From the NCBI RefSeq assembly GCF_964204645.1, contig NC_134036.1, positions 806,001-870,000 of the forward strand: a stretch of 64,000 nucleotides of DNA, read 5' to 3'. The position numbers and the translations under genes are program-made. The stretch is from Tubulanus polymorphus. Its lineage: Eukaryota; Animalia; Nemertea. Under the pieces are notes generated by a model. That model was not told where the DNA came from. It saw only the letters and a program-made list of their open reading frames with translations, and searched no databases. Shown here one piece after another: positions 35,601 to 49,290 of the stretch (position 1 is the stretch's first letter; the number at the start of each line of letters is the position of its first letter).

Positions 35601-38600
35601 CTTACAGTTGGATAACCACGAAATAAAGAAAGGTCACGCGATCAAGGTCAACTTGTCGGTGGCCAACACGCGTCTTTATATCGGTAACATTCCGAAAGAC
35701 AAAGAGAAGGAAGAGATTCTGGAAGAGTTCAAGAAATTAGTCGGTAAGTTGCTCGAGGAATTCGAAGCGACAGTTGTTTCAAATGTGGTCAAAATAACAA
35801 TAGCGATAATGACAATTAATTTGTTTATAAATGGCTGTGCATATCATCTGGGTCCTTAAAGTTTAAAGTTTGGGAAAGTGGTAAATTTTTTTCAAGGACT
35901 TGGAAAGCGATGCTGGTTCTTCCTTCATGTCTATTGAAAAGAAAGAAAATCAGAAAATGGTCTCCATAAAGATTTTCCTTCAATTTTGAATTAAACCTAA
36001 ATTTGTCTCGCTACAAGTTTGATCACAAATTTTATGAAAACGCTTTTTTCATGGTGTTGATATTTGGCGCTAAGTTGTAACTACTTAGAATTGTGGCCTA
36101 ATTTATACAATCTGTGGATGAAAAATGAAATTGGGACATTCTTAAGAACCCTGAGAAATTAAAACAGGTTGCAATTATGATAATCGCAATAAACTGTAAA
36201 AATATCTGAGTAGCTTAGCTGGATTTATCGCTATATAAAAGACGCATTGTTATTATTGAAAAACGAATGATGTCTTATCGATACGTTCGGTTGCTTATAG
36301 ATGGCGTTACCGACGTCATTATCTATCCGTCGTCCGAGGACAAGAAGAAAAATCGCGGCTTCGCGTTCCTCGATTTCGACAATCACAAAAGCGCGTCGGC
36401 CGCCAAGAAGAAAATCACGTATCATCGTAAAGTGTGGAATTGCGACGTGACGGTCGACTGGGCCGATACTCAGGAGGAACCTGACGAGGAAACCATGGAG
36501 AAGGTACGTCTCAATGGATTTGGACTGGGTCCTTGCTCGATTTGAGTTGGTATTATTTTGCTCTGTTTTTAAAAAAAAATCTGGTAACACGCTTCATGTA
36601 GCCCCTTGCCTCCCGAAAAAAAAACTTAAAATCCCGTGATCCAACTTTAATGGTTCAAAAAGTCTCTATTTGGAGTTTTAGCCCTTGCCCCCCCTCAAAT
36701 TCTGAAAATGTGTCTAATAAAATCAGTTTTATCACATATTTCTGAAGTGAAAGTTCTTTCTTCATCACGTTAATTTGTGAAGATTCAGAATTCCTGAATC
36801 AGTATTTGTTTGTGGCGTTGGTTCATGCAGTATTGCGTTGGATTACGGTTCGTTTTAATGGTAGTCTGTATTCGGCTATCCTTATCGTGTCAAATTTCTC
36901 GTGTCCCTGGCGCGTTCATCCAATTAATCTCATATTTTCTGTCTCGTAGGTGAAAGTATTGTATATAAAGAATCTATCGGCCGAGGTCACCGAGGAGATG
37001 TTGAAAGAGACGTTCTCCGAGTATGGCAAATTGGAACGCGTAAAAAAACTGAAAGATTGCGGCTTCGCTCATTTCGAGGAACGAGAGGACGCGTTGAAGG
37101 CAATGGAAGCGTTGAACGGCACGGTAAGCAGCGCCCCCTACAGGGAAAAATATACACCCATCGAGTCGGATCTCGTTTTGCTCGGTGAAGCTAGATCGAA
37201 TTCATCGTATTATTGTTTCGTTCTTTCGTAGGAAATCGGCGCCAACAAAGTGGAAATCGCGCTGGCGAAACCGCAGGCGAAGGCGGCGCAACGTCGTAAG
37301 AAGATGAGGATGATGATGAACGCTCGTGGACGGTACGTTTTTTCTCGTCGCTATCCTCCTCGTTGTCTGCGTAAATATCGATGGATTAATTAGTAATTAG
37401 TGTATCGTAAACTGCAGGTATTACTGGTATGATTACTGCGACGATTACTATTTCTACGGACCACCACCGCCGCCACCTATGAGAGGACGTGGAGGACCTC
37501 GTGTAAGTATCGTCTTCGATCACTGATTCATATCCGATTTGTGACGATTGTCCGTGAACTCCTGCACGCTACTGCCATCTAGTGACAGTTTCCTGTGCTA
37601 TTTCTAATGATGTAAATTGTTCTGTGATTCCTGTGGTGCCACTCTCTCCCGGGGGGACTATGACTGGTGCTGCCCCCTCACGATCAAAAATACAACTTCA
37701 TTCTTTGAAAAAAAAACTAAGCTGGAAATTCTTAAAAGTTGCTGACCTGAAACCACTTCAATTTTGAGAAATTGGAAATTAGAAATTATTGTCTAGTTTG
37801 TACTTGTACATTAGACTGCCCCTAAATCCATACAGTTAGGCCGTGGATTTTTTACCCAATTTTGCGGTTACTGAGTCAAAAAAATTTCATTTATGAAAAC
37901 CACCGAATTAGCTATCAACCGAGATAAACGGAACCGATTTAGGAGGAGTCTACTGTAATTAGGATATGAAAGTGATGCAGACGCTACCTCGATGTATGAA
38001 ACTGCTGCCGGTGGCGCTGCTGCTGCTGTTGGTGGCGCGCGCGTCTGTAACGTTGATATATAGTTGTTATGTAATGTATGTGTTTCAGGGTCGAGGCGGA
38101 CGCGGCGGCGGATACAATCAACGCGGTTACTGGCAACATCATCATCGTCCGTATAACAATTACTACTGGTGGTAGACGTGACGACGATCTATCGGGCGCC
38201 ATCTGGTGACCGCCGCCAGCATTACTACCAACTACTATTACAACTATATATATATATATTTATGTATATATATAGTTGTACATAGCTCATATACATGTGT
38301 ACAATGAATAGGAACGATAAATATATATATATATATTCGTATATATAATATAATTGATTTATTTTCAGCATGCACACATACATGATACTGACTGACTGAT
38401 ATTTATAATGAGGGTTTTATTTTAGACTACGGCGCCCCCTACAGCCCCCCGCCTCCCCCGCCCCACGAGAGAGACAATCTAAAATCTCGATTTCGTTGCG
38501 TCGAATCAGTTTTTTCGATCCGAATAATAATTTTGGCTTCGCGCGGCAAATTTGAATTTGAATCTAATTTTGTTGTTTCTCGTTATATCTCTGCAGGGCA

Positions 38601-38896
38601 TGGGTCGTGGTGGACGGGGACTCGGCGGCGGAGGAGGAGGATTCCGAGGACGGCCGTTCCGCGGTGGCGCCACCGGTGGTAACGGAGGAGGAGGAGGTAT
38701 GATGCGTCCGTGGGGCGGTAAACGTAAATTCGGCGGCGAACACGGAGGCGGTCCGCCGGCCGGTGGTAAACGAGGTAACTGGGGCGCGCACCCGATCGCT
38801 CAGCAACCGTTGCGAGGCGGGTTTAATAATTACTACGCGGGCTCGGGCGGCGGCGACGATCAGTGGTATCAGGACACGTACGGCGATAATTGGTGA
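32689..38896 (+). CDS. SYNCRIP: hnRNP Q/R family RNA-binding protein (~566 aa); exons 32689-32704, 32955-33134, 33741-33958, 34770-35057, 35608-35743, 36301-36503, 36950-37123, 37232-37332, 37418-37502, 38597-38896
   Basis: N-terminal acidic domain (DLDQRALDALKE..NKSAYLCGVMK), TTGQRKYGPPP, three RRMs (EVFCGKIPRDLFEDEL, NRGFAFLDF, VKVLYIKNL), RGG tail, PIAQQPL..WYQDTYGDNW end. Confidence 0.95.
33331..33476. mobile_element. MITE with 16-bp TIR CAGTGTTTTCAATAAG (hAT-like termini)
   Basis: Perfect TIR plus internal inverted AGCCAGGTCCC/GGGACCTGGCT; no clean target duplication. Confidence 0.6.
35100..35379. mobile_element. piggyBac-type MITE (TTAA target)
   Basis: TTAA-CCCTTGCAGTG ... CACTGAAAGGG-TTAA. 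Confidence 0.7.
38089..38175 (+). CDS. SYNCRIP: Candidate alternative terminal exon of SYNCRIP (GRGGRGGGYNQRGYWQHHHRPYNNYYWW*)
   Basis: TTTCAG acceptor at 38088, phase 0 as required, RGG/Y-rich composition. Confidence 0.6.
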   Translation, partial: GRGGRGGGYNQRGYWQHHHRPYNNYYWW

Positions 38897-39574
38897 GCCC
38901 GCCCGTAGAGGCCCGAACGCACCCGTAGAGACCCGTTACACTGCGTACAATGTATAGAATAGATAATATTCCATTTTAATTCCGCGTATTGTTGTCGTTA
39001 GAAACTTTACTAAAAGAAAAAACTGGCCGCTTGTCGGCAGACGGTTTTTAATACGTAATCTCTGTAAATACGTCGTCGTCATGCCGATATACAGTCATTG
39101 TTGTCGTCGTGGTCGGGTCGTCGACGTCCACCGATTAATGGCGTAATCGGTTGACGTCTCGTCCACCAGGCGGCGCTACTGTACGCACGCGCGTATGATT
39201 GTAAATAGTTTTCTCTCTTGGTTCGAACTTTATTATCAATTAACGCTTTAAATACTTTCGAGAGTTTCGTCGTAGAAAAATGTTTTAGAATTTTCGTCGT
39301 CGCGCGTCGTTAAGAATTATTCAACGATCGGTTTTCCCCTCTCGAAACCCGTATCGCGTCCCGTTGCTTACAGCCGGTCCCTATTTTTAATTCAACTCTC
39401 ATTTTAATATCGTCAGTCAGTGTAAACGCGTTCGATAATTACACGATGATACACGAATATAATGAGCCCGGGTTCGGGTTAAGTTTCATGCGTTGTCCGT
39501 AGACGTGTGTGTGTGTGTGCTGCCTTGAGTACTGTTCTTGAAATGTACTTCTATTCTTCAATATAATTATATAT

Positions 39575-39580
<6 letters not shown>

Positions 39581-39643
<63 letters not shown>

Positions 39644-39769
39644 TTATCGTAATCGACTTGCGACTTCGGTAAGAGAGCGGAGAGAGGGAGGGGAGATAAA
39701 CTCTTCTGACTTTTCCTACTCTGCTGTAGTTCGTAGCGTCGCGAAATTCCGAAACTGTATAAAGCTATG

Positions 39770-39847
<78 letters not shown>
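39581..39847. repeat. Two (TA)n microsatellites (~39581-39638, 39772-39847)
   Basis: Directly visible. Confidence 0.95.
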
Positions 39848-39849
<2 letters not shown>

Positions 39850-40203
39850 CACAATTTAATGTGTCGTGAATTAATGAATTCGATTTATTATTGCGGAAAC
39901 ATTGGTGGAAATATTGGAATCTGGAATCTAAAAGTGTATTGACGATTGTAGGGCACTGGATTCAGAGAAACACGGTGGAGGAGGACGGGGTGTCCCGCGA
40001 CTCCCTCCGCGGGGAGGAGAGGGGAGCACCACCCCCCACCTCCCTCTCGGATCTCAGTGTTGAAATATTATTATTATTATTATCATTATTACTATTTCTA
40101 CATTGAATACTTGCTTGGTCATATACAAAAACGTTGATGATAATTGTAACTTGTCTGAACGCGGAAATCAGCGGTATCCGCTAGGGGGGGTTGAGAGAAA
40201 CTA

Positions 40204-40400
40204 GCCCCACCTGGTGGTCAGTCTAGCGCTGCCACCTAGTGGTAGTACAATTGGAATTAGTTCAGTATAATGAACCATTCGTTTATAGCCTACTACAGGC
40301 ATTTGGAAAATTGCTGCCATCTAGTGATAGTTCCTCGAATTTGGGATGTGCTGCCACCTAGTGGAAATTCTTGTGTTTGGAAAGTGCTGCCACCTAGTGG
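40204..40400 (-). promoter_or_regulatory. Cluster of five co-oriented CTCF-like motifs
   Basis: Matches or near-matches to GCTGCCA(C/T)CT(A/G)GTGG at 40204, 40228, 40313, 40350, 40386 (reverse of the CCACYAGRTGGCAG consensus). Confidence 0.55.
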
Positions 40401-43400
40401 TACCACTGTTGTTCCGCGTTCATGTATTTATATAAATATGTACATCACCAATCTGATCATGATACAAAAAAATATTGAATGAATTTTGAATTTTTTAAAA
40501 GCTTTGATATTTTTATTATTATTATTATTATTTTCTTTTTTTCCGTTGAAATGTAACGGTTTCGACAATGCGGTGTATATTGTTGAAAAGGGCAGCACAA
40601 ACACTCGATGTAATCGAAATTTTGAAGGTCGCGCGGAGCGTCGAGATAAGTCGAGGGTCGGATTTGTTATTGATCGAGCGTGATCCACGGTGTCTCCACG
40701 GTTACCCGGCGATAGATTAACGCGTTTAAATTCGTACACACCCAAAGACGGCTCCACGCGACCTTCAAATCTTGATATATATACATAAGTATGTAGATAT
40801 ATATATATATATATATATATTGATGTATTTGATATGTATCTATGAATTTTGCATTTTCATGCGACTCATAAAAACGCGGACTGCGTCGTCGTGTTTATTC
40901 TCGGTTGTTTGAGAGAATCACGGGTTATCGATGATGAGAGAACTCGAGATGTGAGCGAGGGGATCGGCGCGTGTTGTTGTACCGTAGACTGATCTGTTAT
41001 CAATGACTGCGATTAATTATTCAATAGGGTTTGACTCGGATCTGTACGATGTATAAAGAAAAACAAACAAATTCTACTCGCGCGTGTTGTAGATCAGGGG
41101 CCAGTTTCTCAAAAGTTGATATAGTTAAACCAGTGGATAGTTGACATAGTGACATTTAAAAATTTATTGTTACTATGGTATCTTCAGTTTATCTTAAATC
41201 AATTTAGGCCTTAATCCTGTTTGTGAAACTGGGCCCAGATTGATCATTGATAACAGATCATCTGTTATCAATGTTAGTAATAAATGATTCAATGGGGTTT
41301 GACTCGGGATCCGTCAACGTAAAGAAAAACGAATTCTACTCGCGATCATTCTGATTCTGTTACGAGCTAGGGCCCTCACTAGGGGGCGCTAGTAGTTCGT
41401 CGATAACCGCTTCGATTAAATTTAAACTTTTCAGTTCGAGCGAATATCAATCTTTACCGAACGCGGATAGAGTATGTTTGACCCCACCAGGTGGCAGGTC
41501 TGTATACATAGTTCAACAACGCTTCCGCCGTATACAACGCCCTCTATTGCTGTATATAATCATCATTTCACCCGACGAGTCGCGTTCGTTCTTCGATATT
41601 TATTTCGATTCGTTTTTCCGTACGTGTTCAACAGAAGATTTTGTTTTTGTTACGGTAGTATTTTTTTTTTCTTTTTTCCGCCGCGCGACGACGACGAGCG
41701 GGAGGATCGTGAAACACGCTGCGACGACGCGCGCGCGTTCGCGCACATATCATCGTTTTATAAATAATCGGTAGTTTTTTTAAACTGATGTGATCGGTTT
41801 CTTTAAGTTGTAACGACGAATGTATCGACGGACGATCGTCGTCCGAAGATCTGTGTCGACGAATTTTTTTCGACGGACGATCGTCGTCCGAAGATCTGTG
41901 TCGACGCATTTTTTTTTTTTTTTTATTAGAATAACGCGATGGATTTTACTAATCGCGGTAGCGAGTCCCCGGCGTCGAACAGCGCCACCTTCCGACGAGT
42001 TACTCATCGACGGCTCGATCGTAAACGGTGACTGCTGGCGCCGAAAAGTTGATTAAAAGATAACCGGCGAATAAATACCATAGTGACAATGAACTTTTAA
42101 TTGTCACTATCTCAACTATGCGCTGGTTAACAACTTTCGAACGACCGCAACCTTTGGGTTTGTTGTCAGTTTGACGAAATAGCGCTTATTTTTGGAACGA
42201 TTTATTTCCTGAACGAAAACTCAGGACTCAACTTTCTGGACTCAATTTGATCCCGGGGATAATAATATTTCCACGGAACAATTCTGAAATTTAAAGTTTC
42301 TTTAACTGATATTTTCGGAAGGATTTATCGGAATTCGGTGGCATAAGAGCCCCGACTTCAGCGTCGGTCTAACTGCTACAAACTCTCTGATTATAAACGG
42401 CAGCGGGACTCGCTGCTACCGGTTACTGAACTCCATTCGCTATGCGTGTAAATGTTTATCATGTAACGTGTATTTTATACTGATGAGAGATGAGAATAAT
42501 ATTTTTTGTGCTACGGATGAAAAACGCGAAAAACGTTATAAAAAAAAAATCATACAAGTAAAAAAAACAAAAACGATTAAATCCACCGCGACCGGTTTAT
42601 AAAAAAATTCTAACGTGGTAAAATGATTAGTTCGAACCGCTGACGCTAGGTGGCGTCTTCGTCGTCCGATCGTGTGAATGCGTGCGAGAGAATTCGCGTC
42701 GTTTTTAAGCCTCGTATTGAATTAATTATGTATTTATGACAAAAAAAAACGTTCGGTCCAAAACTTAAAAAAAAAAATATAAACCGACGTTGTTATTGGA
42801 TTTGAAGTAGTCGCCGTAGCGACAGGAACGTCCCCGCGTTAACCGGCGATGGACTTGTTTCGAAAAGAAAACGTAACTTTTTGATGGTTAAATTTTTCCC
42901 CCCAAAAAAATTATTTTTCGCAAAGTTGGCGACTGAAATTCCGTGGGTTATTCGGTTTTGTTCCTGCTCGCTAGGTGGCTCTGTGTATTATATTAACCAA
43001 TTATGAATTAGATGTATTTGGGAGGAGAGAGAGACCATCGTCATGTCTGGATTCCAATTCCTGCCTCCGCGTTGAAGCCTGGCGGCACCCCGGCGCACCC
43101 TAGTGGTAAACATAAAAAAAACACGACAGCTACGAATATTCGAAAAGAAAACGCGAATATAATTATCATAACATTATCATAATTAATTATTATAATTTTA
43201 CTCTTCTAAAGCGAAACAAAATATCCAAAATAATATTGACCTATTACTATTGAACGTACTGTAAATCTGCAAAAATTGAAAATAAAAAAAAATCCACGTT
43301 GGTTTTTATGAATCTGGATGGAGAAAAAAAATGTGGCTAGTTTTGGATTTTTAGTCGATTTTCAAATTCAGGATTTTGATTTTTTTATTTCGGGTTGTTA

Positions 43401-45631
43401 TTAAATGTTGTAATTAATTAATCGTTTTTTGAAGCTTAACGAAAACCGGTTTCTGATTTTTCTCGGAATCCGGTTTTCAAGCTCCGCCCACCTGTCCGTC
43501 TGTCCGTCCGTCCGCCTGTCAATCAAACTTTCTTCGATTACACCTGCTCTACTAGTATTTGTGGACTATTTGAAAGCGCAAGATTCCAGTTGATTTCCAA
43601 AACCGCCAGAGCCCGAGACGAGTAATACCAGAATTCCGATGCTTGCGTTTTTATTTCGAAAATTAAGGTGTAACTGAGCTGAAAATTCCTACTACGCGAT
43701 ACAGTAGACTTCTACTTAAAACCACTGGAACAAATCCTTAAATCTTTACGACACAGAATCTACTGTATTCCCCTAAAACTCTTCCCGCCTACGAATTCAT
43801 CGAAGACCAATTTCTTCAATTTCTACGATGACGTTTGGAGCACCAAATCTTGATTGCATTTTGGCGTCGCAATCCGCTCTCGGATCTCAATGTGAAAAAG
43901 ATGTTTGGAGTCTGAAACACGATAATTGGAACTGAGATGTTCGGGATTCAGTTCCGATCGCTTTTGGAGCCGCAATTTATTCGACAATTATTGAAGTCTA
44001 ATTTTTTTCCGGAAGAAAAACAATCGACCAATTCAAAAACAGTCTGGATTCAAAAATTTACGCTGGTTTGAATTGTGTGAAAAAAAAAAGATTGCATTTG
44101 GAGCCGCAATCGCCATTAAACAGCGCCATCTGAAGTTAAATTTGTGAACTGCTGATGCGATAAAGATATTTCGATCGCCAATTCGTACAACTGACCTGGC
44201 AGCCAATTGACAGAATAAAGTGAACTTGTGAATTCTTCAACTTTTGATTAGATCTTTGAAGAAGCCAATTAACTCAACCGACCTGGTTCTAAAATTGAGA
44301 AAAACCAACCAAGACAACTTCAATTTCAACAACTTTCCGGAGATTATTTGAAATGTGTTGACAATTCTTTGAAAACCAATTCGCTGAACTGATCCGGAGG
44401 CCGTGATTCATGAAATGATTGAAGATAACTTGCAATCTCCCATGTTTGGCGTCTAATTCTACCCGTGCTGGTTTGATGTGGCAGCCAATTAAAGAGAAAA
44501 CAAATACCGAAACCAGCGAAGAAAAGACAGTTCTTGTCATCCAAAAGAAATCTATTGAAGAAAAAATTTGGAATGGAAATTTTCTTCTGAAGAAAAGGTT
44601 TATCAACTTTTTGGCGACAAAAAAAATGTTTGGAGATCAGAATTAGTGACTGAAAAATTAATGTCACTGCAACCAACTTGATGGAAAGATTTCGAGGTGA
44701 ATTTTGAAACCCAATTTGACACCAAATGAAACCGATAAAACCAGGCCTAACATTATCCTTAGAACCAATCTAGTCCGGACTATAAATTAGACCTTTTTTC
44801 GACCTTAATACTTTAAGCTTTTTGGGAATAATGCTTCCAATTTAACGAAAGCAATACCTTCCTTTTGAACTCAAAATAACTGGAAAACAATTCGAGCCAA
44901 TTTTATAGAACGATTTATTGAATTAGAACAAAAATGTTAATGAAGGAATCGACCCTCAAAGTGTTAGTGGTAAGTACAATCTACGAAATCCAATATTGCT
45001 TTATTCGACTTGAACATTTTTTAAAATGTTTCTCAACTCAGATCATCGTTATATTTGATAGGTCTGGATGAGAATGCTTACCTGCTGAGCCTGATTGGAC
45101 CCTTCTCAAACAATGGTCAAGAAAGAGTAAGTATAAAATAATTAAAATTGTCTATGATGATTATGATATTTATATGCACTCTGTAAAAAGCTGTGATGAT
45201 CTATAAAAATGTTTATGTATTTTTATCAAATAAAAACTTTCGAATAGCATTTATGAAAATCATTTTTGGAAAAATAAAATACTTATGTCTTATGAAATTC
45301 AGTTGTTTTGTCTGCGCTTTTTGTCCCTTATTTCAAACCTCGCTATCATAGAAAGGAAAGGAACATCATTTTACCCCCATTCAGAGCATCTTCACCAACT
45401 TAACCCTCCGACCATGGAAAGGAACGCCATAGTCCTCAACACGACCATGGACAGTATCTCGGCACCTCCACCCAACCATGGAACTGATATCTCTCAAGGA
45501 AAACCCTCCGTGGCGAAAATTGGTGCTACGCAAATCCTCACCGTCCATTGATAAGAGGAAAGAGATTGAGAGGAAAATTTCCTGACGACCGTAATTGTTG
45601 ATTAAATTCGAAATTTGCCCGACGAAATTCT

Positions 45632-45919
45632 GGGATTCGAACCCTCTACCCGTCAAACTAATGGCGCCTTCTCTGGTTCATGTCCTTACTTTACGGATAA
45701 CACGTGCTCGTATTTACATGTGACCTGTTTACATGTCACATGCGCGTGTGAACTGTTTACATGTCACAGCTCGGCCTGTGATTGGTCGGAGCCCGTCGGG
45801 GAAACTGCGTGACGTCACGCGTCGCCATTTCGAGCGATATATCGATAGACGCTTTTGTGTTGACAGATCTTTGGAAATCTGGCGATTTTACGAACATCGT
45901 TTATCACAAAAAGGTAAGA
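45632..45919 (+). promoter_or_regulatory. SIN3 promoter / non-coding exon 1
   Basis: ATTGG 45781, full CRE TGACGTCA 45810-45817 inside a 14-bp palindrome, YY1-type CGCCATTT 45823, donor GTAAGA at 45914, B-box-like 45632-45644. Confidence 0.65.
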
Positions 45920-46742
45920 TTTCAACTTGTTATTCTTGAATATCTAGACTATTGATCGATGAAAATATTTTATTGATTGGAGGCGCCATTTTTCGATGAT
46001 CGTCCGTTAAACTTTGAATCGAATTGGTTGTTTATCGTTATTACGCTGTCTGCTAGCGTTCGAAATTCGCTGTTTTTTCTACTGAAATTTACCGCTGTCC
46101 AGACCCTCAATTCATAAACTATTATCGTCATCTAAATCTACGTTAATCATAGATTAGAAATCAGTGATCGGGCAGTTTTTTACTCGAAAGCTCGCCGAAA
46201 TTCGGCCCGTTTTCCCCTTCGGATTTCGACTATTTCTTGTTGTTGCTTCCTCGGTTCATTCTCGGGTGATGTTCCAGTTTCCGCGAAACTCTAGACCCCC
46301 TCGACTTTTCAAACACTTCTCGAATCGTGCTAGCACCTGGTAATTTTACAACCCTGATCGAATTCCTGCTTTAATTCGAATATTTGTTGGTCCTTTTTCG
46401 TTTTTTTGTCATTTTTGGCTCCAGTTCAAATTTCTTGTTTGTTTAACTGGCGCAATGTTTGACTTTGTGTCAGTAATCTGACTGCCGTTTATAGTTTCAC
46501 GATTGGATAATTTTAAGCCCGTTCGATTATGAAAGCTTACTACCAACGATTGGGTTACATGATGAAAGTAAATGGCTGTCGATGGCCTGACGATCGTTAG
46601 AAAAAATACTTGCTTTGCCTCTCTTCCAGGGTCTACGATTCCTTTTTCTACTTTAAATTTGACTGATTCAGGTTTTTCTCTATTAGACAGATTTTGGTAG
46701 AGAAAAAATAGCAAAATAATCTAACATTGTTAGATCTTCACG

Positions 46743-49240
46743 ATGCAGCGCCCTCTAGATGAAAAGGTAGGAACCAAAAAAGAATTCGGTAATCTCGGAG
46801 AGTACGCAGATTGTTGCCTAGCGATAGAATAAAAACGGATTGTTGTATTTTAGGAGGGAGGATTAAACGTGTTAGCGGGCAGCGGAGCGATGTACCCTCG
46901 CGCGATACTACCGCCGAACACCGGTGGCGCCACCTCGCAGCGTTTTCCCGAAGCGTTAGTCGCAGCCGCTCACAGTCAACAGACCGAACCGCCGAGCGTG
47001 ACGTCGGCTAGCGTCGCCATGGCGAATAATCTCGCTCAGTTTCAGGGTCAAGTGACGACATTTCCGTAAGTTCGACCGAGTTTGGGGTTAATCTGAAAAT
47101 CGAATTCCCCAGTTCAGGGAAAAGTAAGGGAAATTTGTTCAGATTGTTAGATTGTGCGTAAAACCAAACAGTTTCCGTCTATGTTTTACGTATTTGACTG
47201 GTGTTAATTGATTAAACTCTAAGCAGATCAAGTCAGGGAAAACAACGCGTGTGTCAGGGGAAAGTCAGGGAAAGTGAAATAAAAGTGATCACACTGTAAA
47301 CAATTGAAGCTATTCATTTTCGAAAATGTTCCTTTCAGTATCAACGCCCACGCACCGCAGCAACACTCCACGCAATCAGCAGCTCCCCCTAGCGGCGGTG
47401 GATCGTTACCGCCGGGTGTACCCGCGACCGGACTGACGGTAGCCACCGGTCAACAGACGCACGCGGCCGTAGTCGGCATGGCGACACCCGCGTCAGCGGC
47501 GGCGGTTACGACGACTCAGGGACAACAACAGCAGCAGTTCCAACGGCTGAAGGTTGAGGACGCCCTCTCTTATCTCGATCAGGTTAAACTACAATTCGGC
47601 AATCAGCCTCAAGTTTACAACGACTTCCTCGACATTATGAAAGAGTTCAAATCTCAAACGTGAGTTTAACGCGCGCTTATTTCACTTTTCAGGGTTTGAA
47701 TTTTTGGCGCCATTGTGCGGAGAGGGAATTAGATATTTTTGTCGGGATTCTTAAAATTGAAACGAATTTATCCCGTTGATTTCACCAAGTTCTCGGTCTC
47801 CATATGCTGGGATCCTGTTGGGAATCTTAAAATTGAAATGATCCCGACATGTACTGGATTTTTAAAGGGACTGTATTCATAGTTAAGTGTATGACTTCCG
47901 GGCTGCTGAGGTAGCAAGGCTTTCAATCACCCCAAAAACTAGTGAAGATTAAGCTTAATTTTGGTGGAATTTTCTAATTCCTTTGGGCCGGCGTATATTT
48001 CATATGATGTTAAAATTTATGGGGCGGCCCCCATAAAACCCATAGAAGGTGTTCGATTTAATGTAACTGTTTCTTAGAAACTTCAAACTGACATTGTAAA
48101 CTGAGTGTGGGGTACTGACAATGTAGGATCTCGTATCTCGAGAAGATACTCTTTAGAATCGTGTAAACTGATACATGCCCTACCCCCGGATTAAACTGAT
48201 ACAGTATTATAATTCTTACAGGATAGATACTCCCGGAGTAATCAACAGAGTATCGAATCTATTCAAAGGCCACCCGGATTTAATCGTCGGGTTCAACACG
48301 TTTCTGCCGCCCGGTTATAAAATCGAGGTCACTTCGAACGATACGATCAGTGTCCATCAACCGGGTCAACAGGTCATCAACGTTTCGCAGGTCGGCATAG
48401 ATACCAACAGAACTCCGATGGTAAGTTCTATCGGTCTCTCGTCGCGTCGGGATTTGAAAATTTTACCAAAAACCTGTAAAACTCAGGAAATACAAATAAT
48501 GCTAATTGATTGTGTTTCTTTATCAAAACGCGATTCAAGGAAAAATGAATGAATTGTAACTTTTTAAACCTAGAAATTTGTCTAAAGATTCATTCAGGGA
48601 AATTTTGTGTAATCACGTGAAAAACTCATGGGATTTGTAAATGGGTGGAAATTTGCGGACACCCTGCATCATTATTGAATTTATTTAAACTTCTTTTCAT
48701 TTTGATTTGCAGCCGGTGAGTAATATATCTGCAGCCCCGGTCGCCGTGCCGACACCGCAGCAGCAACAACACGTCACTCCATCTTCGTCGGTCGTAGCGC
48801 CACCTATAGCCACCGGTATGCATCATTCGTATCACCACTCACGTGGCGGCGGCGGCGGTCCGGTGAGCGGCAATCAGGATTTACCGACGGTTGCCGCGCG
48901 CGAGCAACAATTACCGTTACTAGCGGCAACGCAACAACAACAAACACCGCAGCAACAACAATCACAACAGCAGCAACAGCAGCAGCAGCAGCCGGCGACT
49001 CAACCCGTCGAATTCAACCACGCTATCAACTACGTCAATAAAATCAAGGTAAATTCATAATACGCACGAACGAGAAGAAATGATCGGCGGAATTATTGAT
49101 TTTCGGCGATTGTTCGTTTTAGAATCGTTTCCAAGGGCAACCTGAAATTTACAAGGCGTTCCTGGAGATTTTGCACACGTATCAAAAAGAGCAACGCAAT
49201 TTGAAAGATGTTCATGGACGAACAGTGGTGAGTTTCTCTC

Positions 49241-49290
<50 letters not shown>

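Noticed and set aside
39576-42056. YI-repeat and other short ORFs downstream of SYNCRIP
   Set aside because: Products of (TA)n runs and a short duplication in probable 3'UTR; no splice or homology support.
44289-45939. Short ORFs upstream of SIN3
   Set aside because: No recognisable domains, overlapping on both strands, and partly over promoter motifs.
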